Part shown: in pieces, positions 1 through 11,898 of the stretch
Layout: every line of letters starts with the position of its first letter
How positions within the stretch are numbered: the first letter of the stretch is position 1
Assembly (NCBI GenBank): GCA_031316235.1
Contig: JALDRA010000001.1
Span: 3,540,001-3,572,000 of the forward strand
DNA length: 32,000 nucleotides
Direction of reading: 5' to 3'
From: Candidatus Scalindua sp.
Lineage (GTDB): Bacteria > Planctomycetota > Brocadiia > Brocadiales > Scalinduaceae
Notes under the pieces: generated by a model
What the model was told of the DNA's origin: nothing
The model's database searches: none
Seen by the model: the letters and a program-made list of their open reading frames with translations, nothing else
Translations under genes and position numbers: made by a program

Positions 1-4557
<4,557 letters not shown>

Positions 4558-4696
4558 CAGAACAGCAGGATTCAAATTAGTTATATATTTTATATAGCAT
4601 TATATATTGTGTGTAAAAACCAGAAAAATACTATATAGAGTGAATTGTTTCAATAATTGCAAATACAATTGATGTGATTTATCGGGGAGAAAAATT
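4558..4696. other. AT-rich flank of the array (candidate leader or trailer)
   Basis: About 140 nt of very AT-rich, TATATA-rich sequence directly abuts a perfect terminal repeat. On the minus strand there is a weak promoter-like TTTACA (4612-4617 reverse complement), 17 nt, TATAAA (4589-4594 reverse complement) pointing into the array. Chance matches are likely in AT-rich DNA. Confidence 0.3.
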
Positions 4697-4725
4697 TTGA
4701 CAAGCCGTACCTTTTGGGGTACACT
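4697..4725 (+). promoter_or_regulatory. sigma70-type promoter of toxin-antitoxin cassette 1
   Basis: TTGACA (4697-4702), 17-nt spacer, TACACT (4720-4725). It lies about 20 nt upstream of ATG 4744, with GAGG at 4735-4738. Confidence 0.55.
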
Positions 4726-4743
4726 GTATCTTGTGAGGTTCAT

Positions 4744-5103
4744 ATGAGAGATAGTCTAAAACGGATTATAGTCCGATTTTATTGTACTGATTCAGGAAAT
4801 GAACCGGTTCGAAAATGGCTTAAAAGCCTTACGCCTGAAGACCGTAAGGATATCGGTACAGATTTGCAAACCCTTGAATTTGGCTGGCCTATCGGTATAC
4901 CTTTATGCCGCTCGCTAAGCTCTCACAAGGGATTGTGGGAAGTAAGGAGCAATTTAACTGGTGGCAGAATAGCAAGGGTTTTGTTCTGCGTTAAAAAAGA
5001 AGAGTTAATTTTATTGCATGGTTTTATCAAGAAAACGCAGAAAACGCCAGACCAGGCAATCGCTATAGCTGTTAAACGTATGAAAGGAGAAGATCATGGT
5101 TAA
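4744..5103 (+). CDS. RelE/ParE-superfamily toxin, phage Gp49-like/HigB-like
   Basis: Track ORF 4714..5103. I prefer ATG 4744 because it is downstream of the -10 box and has an RBS. The segment GLWEVRSNLTGGRIARVLFCV..ELILLHGFIKKTQKTP looks like Gp49/HigB-type toxins (recognised by eye). There is an 8-nt overlap with a downstream HTH gene. Confidence 0.78.
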   Translation: MRDSLKRIIVRFYCTDSGNEPVRKWLKSLTPEDRKDIGTDLQTLEFGWPIGIPLCRSLSSHKGLWEVRSNLTGGRIARVLFCVKKEELILLHGFIKKTQKTPDQAIAIAVKRMKGEDHG

Positions 5104-5380
5104 AGAAAAAAATATTGGCTCTACTCTTGAAAGTTTTCTTAAAGAAGAAGGGAACTATGATGAGACTCAGGCCACAGCGATCAAACGCGTTATTTCATGG
5201 CAACTTCAAGAAACTATGAAAAAACAACATATCAGCAAATCAGAAATGGCGCGGAGGATGAAAACGAGCCGTGCTCACCTTGACCGTTTACTTGATCCTG
5301 GAAATGACAAGGTACAGCTCGACACGCTCTATAAGGCGGCTTCTGCTGTTGGTAAACAACTCCATTTTGAACTTGTATAG
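5096..5380 (+). CDS. XRE-family HTH antitoxin (HigA-like partner)
   Basis: 94 aa with HTH-like segment ISKSEMARRMKTSRAHLDRLL. The start codon overlaps the toxin stop (ATGGTTAA), which is typical type II TA architecture. Confidence 0.75.
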   Translation: MVKEKNIGSTLESFLKEEGNYDETQATAIKRVISWQLQETMKKQHISKSEMARRMKTSRAHLDRLLDPGNDKVQLDTLYKAASAVGKQLHFELV

Positions 5381-5543
5381 CTTTAAAGCACCGTATTCCA
5401 TTTATTGGAGACGCCCGCTATTTCCCGTAAGATACAATATCAGTTTTCCATTCCACGGCCAATATTATTTGAATTGTTCGTACGTCGGTCGTCAGCTGCA
5501 TCTGGCAATGTCAAAAAGACAACGAAAACAAATGACTAGAAAA

Positions 5544-5590
5544 CCGATAAATCTCTAGTTTGGAAAATCCAGCATTTTCCAATTTATCGG
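5544..5590. other. Nested inverted repeat (long imperfect hairpin) between TA cassette 1 and the DUF3768-like gene
   Basis: The outer arms are CCGATAAAT (5544-5552) and ATTTATCGG (5582-5590). The inner arms are TTGGAAAAT (5560-5568) and ATTTTCCAA (5574-5582), with loop CCAGC. No T-run follows, so it is not a canonical terminator. Confidence 0.4.
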
Positions 5591-5649
5591 AAGGATTATA
5601 AGAGCCCTTCATGACTGTTAGTTAATTATGAAAGACCAATTAAATATAG

Positions 5650-6084
5650 ATGACATTTGCTCCCAAAAGGGATGAAAGAGTTAATGTTCATGAAGGTAAA
5701 CCTAAGATGTATAACTTTGCAGGTATTACATGCGGTCTTGTCCAGACATTCGGTGTAAATGCCTTACCGGTTGAAGAACAATCTAAAACCCGTGAAAAAA
5801 TTAAACTGCTCAACGATTTTAACAAGGAAAACGATCCTTACGGAGAGCATGATTTCGGGGCAATCGTTCATAACGGAGAGAAAATTTACTGGAAGATCGA
5901 TTACTACGATACTGATCTTAAATATGGTAGTAAAGATCCTGCCGATATGATAGAAAATTTTCTAATCCGAAATTTAAGCCCAAGTTCCGGCCCAGAAAAA
6001 GAAGATTTTCAAAGCCGAAGCGTTGATTTTTCCGTTTCAGAAACTTTAAGAATTGACAATACTACGGCATTGCCGTATAATTAA
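5650..6084 (+). CDS. DUF3768-like protein, probably truncated or divergent at the C-terminus
   Basis: The core NDPYGEHDFGAIVHNGEKIYWKIDYYDTDLKYGSKDPAD matches my recollection of the DUF3768 signature (NDP.GEHDFG ... WKIDYYD ... DPAD). The recognisable similarity ends near nt 5944 and the expected ...RVLTIML..EY tail is absent. The alternative start is ATG 5707. Confidence 0.5.
   Translation: MTFAPKRDERVNVHEGKPKMYNFAGITCGLVQTFGVNALPVEEQSKTREKIKLLNDFNKENDPYGEHDFGAIVHNGEKIYWKIDYYDTDLKYGSKDPADMIENFLIRNLSPSSGPEKEDFQSRSVDFSVSETLRIDNTTALPYN
6053..6081 (+). promoter_or_regulatory. Consensus sigma70 promoter of toxin-antitoxin cassette 2
   Basis: TTGACA (6053-6058), 17-nt spacer, TATAAT (6076-6081). 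The -10 box ends only 10 nt before ATG 6092. The promoter lies inside the 3' end of the DUF3768-like ORF. Confidence 0.6.
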
Positions 6085-6091
6085 AGATACG

Positions 6092-6439
6092 ATGCAAACT
6101 GTTGTAGAAACGCCGGAATTTATACGTTGTGCCAAAAAATTAGATTTATCTGACGATGGACGCGAAAGCATTGTTGATCTGATAGCATCTAATCCGGAGG
6201 CTGGTAACGAAATATCCGGTACAAGCGGAATGCGTAAGGTTCGCATTGCTGGAAAAGGTAAAGGAAAAAGCGGTGGATACCGCGTTATTACCTTCTTTAC
6301 CGGTTCGGATATGCCTGTTTTTTTGATTACCGTATATGGGAAAGGTCAAAAAGGAAATATTACTGCAGCAGAGAAAAAGGCAATGAAAATGTTATCTAAT
6401 GCCATTGTTGAAATTTACAGGAGTAAAAAAGATGAGTGA
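6092..6439 (+). CDS. RelE-like addiction-module toxin (COG4737-type)
   Basis: Track ORF 6053..6439. I prefer ATG 6092 (MQTVVETPEF...) because the ORF's first 39 nt are the promoter. The pattern SGGYRVITFFTGSDMPVFLITVYGKGQKGNITAAEKKAM fits RelE-like toxins of this type (by eye). Confidence 0.75.
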   Translation: MQTVVETPEFIRCAKKLDLSDDGRESIVDLIASNPEAGNEISGTSGMRKVRIAGKGKGKSGGYRVITFFTGSDMPVFLITVYGKGQKGNITAAEKKAMKMLSNAIVEIYRSKKDE

Positions 6440-6728
6440 TTTAGGCGAAAGTATTATTAAAGGAATGGAAGAAGCTTTGGCTTTTTCAAAAGGAGAAAAA
6501 ACAAAAGCTGTTGTTCACATTCCCGAAGAAATAAACGTCCGGCGTATTCGCAAAAAATTAAAGATGAGCCAGAATAATTTTGCTGATTATTTCGGTTTTA
6601 AAGTTGCAACTATCAGGGATTGGGAACAAGGCCGCCGTGTACCCACAGGACCAGCCCGTAATTTTCTTTTTGTTATAGACCAGGAACCGGATGCAGTACG
6701 CCGCGCTTTAGTGACAGAACCTTCATAA
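6432..6728 (+). CDS. HTH antitoxin (XRE/MqsA-C-terminal-like, COG2944-type)
   Basis: I prefer ATG 6432 (MSDLGESII...), which overlaps the toxin stop by 8 nt. The segment MSQNNFADYFGFKVATIRDWEQGRRVPTGPARNFL is the typical HTH of partners of COG4737 toxins. Confidence 0.75.
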   Translation: MSDLGESIIKGMEEALAFSKGEKTKAVVHIPEEINVRRIRKKLKMSQNNFADYFGFKVATIRDWEQGRRVPTGPARNFLFVIDQEPDAVRRALVTEPS

Positions 6729-7081
6729 AGTTTCCATTAAAATCGTTGAACGATAATAACCATTGTGGAAAATAAAAAAGCTCCAATAATTCCTTCTTAT
6801 TTGAAGCAGCTAAGTATACATTCCCAGAATATAAACAACAGTATGGATAAAAAACATGTGCTCAGAAAAGGAGCCTATTATATTAAGAGAAAGGTTAAGG
6901 AACTTTCTCTCGATACTTAAGAAACAATACACTAGAACAGTTTAGACAAAAACTCAGCATAGGTTTTTCAAGGAAAGATGAACGGCAAATCGAGCAAACG
7001 CTACATTCTTTCGCTTGTCTCGTAATCCTGTACTCCAATATAGATTATTTGAGCGCATTTGCATCCAAGAAACATGCTAAT

Positions 7082-9094
7082 CTAGCGTGAGTTTATTACG
7101 AAAGTGATAGTGTTTTAAGGTGTGTATGCTGTAACCAGTTACAACGTAATTTGTTACAGTTTTTTTGTATCAATATTTAATGTATACACTGAATATAATA
7201 TTATTAATACTTGCTTAACATTCAATATGTAGTATAATTACTGCTTTATTACAACATATGTATACACTAAGTCAGGAGGATGCTATCGCCACCATTCAAT
7301 CAAAAACCTCAAGAGGCTACAAATACTGGTATATAGTTGAATCCAGACGCGTAAACGGAAAACCAAGACCAATCGTATTGGCATATCTTGGTAAAGCCAA
7401 TGACCTGTTGAGAAGGCTACAGGGCCTTACAGAAGGGTTACGGTTAAAATCATATTCGCATGGCGCTGTGGCAGCACTACTCAATGTCGCCCATAAATTA
7501 GATGTCACTACTATAATAAACAAACATATAAACGCTCAAAGGCCTTATATGTCCGAAAAACCTACAAGAAACAATCTGACAGCAGGGATTACCTTTTTGT
7601 TGGGATCAATAGGACGGATTTGCATGCCTACCAGTAAAAGAGACTGGTGGAACTGGGCAAAGACAACTACCTGCGAATACTTGCTCAGGTGCAGTTTGAG
7701 CAAAATAGATAGCCAGCATTATTGGGATTTGATGGACGCTCTGCCTGTAGAATCAATACCAGAAATTGAACACGAGTTGCTCGATAATGCTTTCAATACA
7801 TATGGCCTGAAGAGTGATACTCTTTTTTTTGACACGACAAATTTCTTTACCTACATTGATAGCACAAATATGAGGTGCGCGATTGCACAGCGAGGCAAAA
7901 ACAAACAAAAGAGATGCGACCTTAGACAGGTAGGGCTGGCTATGGTGGTTACGCGAGAAGATATGATTCCTGTGTTTCATCATGCTTATGAAGGCAACAT
8001 GAACGATACGAAAGTTTTTAAAATCGTTATAGAAAAGATAAAGGGCAGAATAAAAGAATCAGGCTTGAATACAAAGATGCACACGGTTGTCTTTGACCGT
8101 GGAAACAATTCCAAGGTGAACCTGGTAATTGTGAAAAAACTGCAACTGCATTATGTTGGTGCGCTCACCCCTTATCATCACAAGGAGTTGGTAAATGATG
8201 CTATGGAGAATTTCCAGGAGCTTGAAGTTGATGGTAAGAATATATGGATTTACCGGGACAAACGAATTATTTGGCAAGAAGAGAGGGCCGTTATTGTTTT
8301 TATCTCAGAGAGATTAAAGAGTGGGCAGATAAGGGGAATATATCAATCACTGGGAAAGGCAGAAAAACAGTTACAGCAATTGCAGGAATCTTTGTCTAAA
8401 CCAAAGGCAAAGAAGCGGGACAGGAAACAATTGGAAGATAAAATAACAAATATCGTTAAAGGGCAATTTATAAAAGATATTATTGATTGGTCGTTAAATG
8501 GGACATCAGAAGGCAAGTTTTGTTTAGAGTTTACAATCAATCAAGCAAGACTTGGTGAAATAGAGAAGAAATTGGGATTCAGGATTCTCATGACAGACCG
8601 TCATGAATGGGAAACTGTTGAAATTATAAAAACTTACTATGGACAATCTATGATTGAACAATCTTTTAAGAACCTTAAAAATCCTTACCACCTTGCACTT
8701 AGACCTCAGTTCCATTGGACAGATCAGAAAATCAAGGTGCATTTCTTTATTTGTGTACTCGGGTATCTCCTTGCCACAATAGTGTGGAGAGAGGCGAGGA
8801 CGAAGGCTCAATTCAGGGGGACTTTAGATAGATTGATTGACACCCTGAACAATGTGAGGCTTGCTGCAATACTGGAAGACTCAAAGACAAGGGGAAGAGT
8901 CAAAGCGGCATATAAGTTGGAAGAAATGTCTGATGCGGAAGAAGTGATAATTAAAGCACTGGAGGTTAAAGATGCACACAATAATCGAATAAAGTTTAAG
9001 GGTGTTAGTGTATACAATTAGGGCCACACTTAACCATAGTAATATACTTATCTTACGGTAGATCAGCCTTGCGTTCGTAATAAACTCACGCTAG
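7082..9094 (+). mobile_element. IS1634-family insertion sequence, element 1 (2013 bp)
   Basis: Perfect 21-bp terminal inverted repeats: CTAGCGTGAGTTTATTACGAA at 7082-7102 and its reverse complement at 9074-9094. They enclose a single 587-aa transposase ORF. Confidence 0.88.
7258..9021 (+). CDS. IS1634-family (IS4-superfamily DDE) transposase
   Basis: The N-terminal segment GYKYWYIVESRRVNGKPRPIVLAYLG is typical of IS1634 transposases. Other motifs are FDTTNFFTYID, VFDRGNNS, YYGQSMIEQSFKNLK and HWTDQK (recognised by eye). Confidence 0.9.
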   Translation: MYTLSQEDAIATIQSKTSRGYKYWYIVESRRVNGKPRPIVLAYLGKANDLLRRLQGLTEGLRLKSYSHGAVAALLNVAHKLDVTTIINKHINAQRPYMSEKPTRNNLTAGITFLLGSIGRICMPTSKRDWWNWAKTTTCEYLLRCSLSKIDSQHYWDLMDALPVESIPEIEHELLDNAFNTYGLKSDTLFFDTTNFFTYIDSTNMRCAIAQRGKNKQKRCDLRQVGLAMVVTREDMIPVFHHAYEGNMNDTKVFKIVIEKIKGRIKESGLNTKMHTVVFDRGNNSKVNLVIVKKLQLHYVGALTPYHHKELVNDAMENFQELEVDGKNIWIYRDKRIIWQEERAVIVFISERLKSGQIRGIYQSLGKAEKQLQQLQESLSKPKAKKRDRKQLEDKITNIVKGQFIKDIIDWSLNGTSEGKFCLEFTINQARLGEIEKKLGFRILMTDRHEWETVEIIKTYYGQSMIEQSFKNLKNPYHLALRPQFHWTDQKIKVHFFICVLGYLLATIVWREARTKAQFRGTLDRLIDTLNNVRLAAILEDSKTRGRVKAAYKLEEMSDAEEVIIKALEVKDAHNNRIKFKGVSVYN

Positions 9095-9160
9095 TCATCG
9101 GCTTATCTATCAGATGGCGTAAAATCTGCCCTACGGCATGGATTTACAGATGTTGTTATG

Positions 9161-11237
9161 CTAGCCCCAGTTTACAAGTTATGTCCGAAGTTTAGCAATA
9201 ATTGTTCGTAACTTGTTGCATCGCAATATATTACAACATTTGGCACAAGTATTACCCTACTGCAATGCATTTATCTCCTTGAATTACCTTCTGGCAAACC
9301 TCTTCTAATCATGATATAGTCAAGTAATACTCCTTTTTTTATTGACAAACAATACTGCAATTTCTATTATACGTATTACCCTACTGTAGCATTGTAGTCA
9401 AGAGGAAGATGATATGGCTTCTTTAATCAAAAAATTAAAAAAAGGAATCCCTTATTATTACGTTGTTGAGTGCAAACGAATAAACGGAAATCCTAGAATT
9501 GTAGAACAGCATTATCTTGGTACTGCTGAGAAAATCTTCAAGACCTGTCAAAGAAAATCCGCTCCTGTAGCCAAGGAGGTTGCCCTTACGCGTATAGGCC
9601 CTTTGGCTTTATGGGAGGTTGCCTGTTCTACAAAGTTGCCGGAAATGATTGATGCTGCATTTCCCAAAAGAGACCAAGGCGCATCCGTATCACAATATCT
9701 CCTGTTGGCCGCTTTAGGCAGAGCATTTCACCCGTGCAGTAAATCAAAAACCAGCCAATGGTACGAGGAAACAGCTCTTAAACGAGAGTGGGGGTTACGC
9801 TCTGAGTTATTTACCAGTCAACACTTCTGGAATGCAATGGATCGTATTGATCTGGGCAGACTAACTGAACTGGAAAAAGACATCTCTTTGCACATTGCGA
9901 AGGAAGAGAATTTATCTCCACAAGCCCTCCTTTATGACTGCACAAATTATTTTACTTACATCGACACACTTAATGACCGTAATACTGAAGCACGGCGAGG
10001 GCGTAATAAACAAGGTCGCCACAACCTTCGACAGCTAGGCCTTGCCGTTGCTGTTACACCGGATTTCCCTATTCCCCTATTCCATTCCCTTTACCCTGGC
10101 AATCTAAACGATATTACTCAATTTAAAGACACTCACTTACTCCTTACAGAGCGCATTAAAGATCTTTCAGGAAATCCAAACGATATCACCCTGGTTTTTG
10201 ATAAAGGCAACACATCCGAAGATATCTTATATTCTTTACAAGACACCAATATCTTTTGCATTGCTTCTGCTCCATCGTTCCGTTATCCAGAAATGGCTGC
10301 GATTGATTTAAAGAAATTCCAAAAAGCTGACGATGCGAATTTGCCAGGCGTTATGGCCTTCAGGGGCAAAAAAGAAATACTCGGTGATGAATGGACTGCT
10401 GTTTTGCAGCACTCTGCAAGTTTTGCGGCTAAACAAATCCAATCTGTTGTTACCTCTCAGGCCAAAGCCATTGTCAAATTAGAAGCCTTATCTAAAAAAC
10501 TTAAACGGGGCGAACTACCAAAAGCAACCTTATCATCTGTTAAAAAAAAAGTATCGGATATAGTATCCCCGCAACATCTGAAAAAAATTATATCTACCGA
10601 TACTACCCTTAAAGACAATCGACCAATTCTTACTTATTTTCTCAATCGAGATGCATTGCAGGAATTGATTGATTGTCACTTTGGACGAACCCTTCTTTTT
10701 ACAAATCGACATGGCTGGAGCAATGCCGAGATTATATTGGGCTATCACGGACAATCTGAAGTTGAGAGATACTTCCAGGACAGCAAAGACCGAGAGCACC
10801 TCTCCTTTCAACCTCCCTATCACTGGACAGATCAGAAGCTGCATGTTCATGCTTTTTATTGTAATTTAAGCATGCTCTTGACAGGGCTGCTTCGTCGACG
10901 CCTCGCATTAAAAGGCTTGCTTTTACCCCCAGATGTTTTATTGGAAAAGCTCAATGATCTACAAGAAGCAACTCTCCTTTATCCACAGGAAAAAGCGGCC
11001 CCGCCACAATTATCTTATTGTTTGGTGCGTCAAGATAGAACACAAAAACAATTATTTAAATTATTAAATTTATCACAATATACAAAAACAAAAGAAAATC
11101 CTTCAAAATCCACGGAAACAGCTCCTTTATAGCCTAAAAATTAGCCAAAAAGAGGGTAATACATTTGCATTGTCATAAGCCAAACAAACATAAGGAGTTG
11201 TATCAATTTTTTCATATAACTTGTAAACTGGGGCTAG
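9161..11237 (+). mobile_element. IS1634-family insertion sequence, element 2 (2077 bp), distinct from element 1
   Basis: Perfect 22-bp terminal inverted repeats: CTAGCCCCAGTTTACAAGTTAT at 9161-9182 and its reverse complement at 11216-11237. They enclose a 572-aa transposase ORF. It has the same orientation as element 1 and lies 66 bp from it. Confidence 0.88.
9414..11132 (+). CDS. IS1634-family (IS4-superfamily DDE) transposase
   Basis: The N-terminal segment is GIPYYYVVECKRINGNPRIVEQHYLG. Other motifs are YDCTNYFTYID, VFDKGNTS, YHGQSEVERYFQDSKD and HWTDQK. It is a diverged paralogue of the 7258..9021 protein. Confidence 0.9.
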   Translation: MASLIKKLKKGIPYYYVVECKRINGNPRIVEQHYLGTAEKIFKTCQRKSAPVAKEVALTRIGPLALWEVACSTKLPEMIDAAFPKRDQGASVSQYLLLAALGRAFHPCSKSKTSQWYEETALKREWGLRSELFTSQHFWNAMDRIDLGRLTELEKDISLHIAKEENLSPQALLYDCTNYFTYIDTLNDRNTEARRGRNKQGRHNLRQLGLAVAVTPDFPIPLFHSLYPGNLNDITQFKDTHLLLTERIKDLSGNPNDITLVFDKGNTSEDILYSLQDTNIFCIASAPSFRYPEMAAIDLKKFQKADDANLPGVMAFRGKKEILGDEWTAVLQHSASFAAKQIQSVVTSQAKAIVKLEALSKKLKRGELPKATLSSVKKKVSDIVSPQHLKKIISTDTTLKDNRPILTYFLNRDALQELIDCHFGRTLLFTNRHGWSNAEIILGYHGQSEVERYFQDSKDREHLSFQPPYHWTDQKLHVHAFYCNLSMLLTGLLRRRLALKGLLLPPDVLLEKLNDLQEATLLYPQEKAAPPQLSYCLVRQDRTQKQLFKLLNLSQYTKTKENPSKSTETAPL

Positions 11238-11291
11238 GACTTCGTTGGATGGGCTTTTAAGGCGGGTAAGTATTCAATAGGATGGGCAGTT

Positions 11292-11606
11292 TTGGAAAGG
11301 TCTATCTATGCTCTCACAACCCTTGCCCTTGCCGAAGGTACGGATATGGATATTAACCTCCTTAAAAGTACTCTAACCAGACGTTTAGAGGAAGAAACAG
11401 GCCTTAATCAGGAAGAAAGAGACCGCACTGCCAGAAATATCAGGAGGCGTGCCGCTAATTTGTATAGAGAAGGACATTGGGCGTCGAAGATAGAAATGGC
11501 CATGTCTCAACAAAACCAAAATAAGTTGAAACCGCTACTGGAAGATATTGCCAATATTTTGTCCCCTGATACGGCTGCTGAACCTGTAAATGTCAGAGTG
11601 ATGTGA
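11292..11606 (+). CDS. Hypothetical protein (possibly a gene remnant)
   Basis: Only an open frame of 104 codons, with a non-ATG start in the track (first ATG at 11346). There is no recognisable family. It lies in the scar region between IS element 2 and the RND gene. Confidence 0.3.
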   Translation: MERSIYALTTLALAEGTDMDINLLKSTLTRRLEEETGLNQEERDRTARNIRRRAANLYREGHWASKIEMAMSQQNQNKLKPLLEDIANILSPDTAAEPVNVRVM

Positions 11607-11898
11607 AGTGTTCCAATTCTCGATTAATTGGCTGCTTCTTGGTTTTCTCGAATGTAGCTATAAAGCGTAGGTTTTGAAATTCGCATCGGTTCGCAATTTT
11701 GCCAACGGTCATTACAAAAGCTGCAAACGAGATCACACAGGGAACAATGGGGAAAACAGGGGAGATCTCAAAAATGCTGCAGGCTGTTACGCGTGAGGTG
11801 AACAACTCTGCAACCTGCAACCCCGCAATTGTTCAGCTCTGCACCTCAATCATGCAATGGGTAATTAAGGCAGTGATTGAGCGGTAATACTTTTATGT

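Noticed and set aside
4647-4654. GTTTCAAT, the reverse complement of the repeat 3' end, lies about 90 nt beyond the last repeat. This could be an anti-repeat or tracr-like element.
   Set aside because: The complementarity is only 8 nt, in AT-rich DNA. Type I systems do not use tracrRNA, and there is no extended pairing to the rest of the repeat.
5271-5558. A 95-aa ORF overlapping the end of the cassette 1 antitoxin and the following gap
   Set aside because: It is out of frame with, and overlaps, a well-supported gene. It has low-complexity, unusual composition and no RBS.
6729-7081. A non-coding gap containing a 25-codon ORF (ATG 6844, MDKKHVLRKGAYYIKRKVKELSLDT) and an 8-bp hairpin (AGAGAAAG at 6886-6893 paired with CTTTCTCT at 6903-6910)
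   Set aside because: The ORF is too short and has no recognisable similarity. The hairpin lacks a T-run and lies inside that ORF. I treat the region as scar DNA next to the IS insertion.
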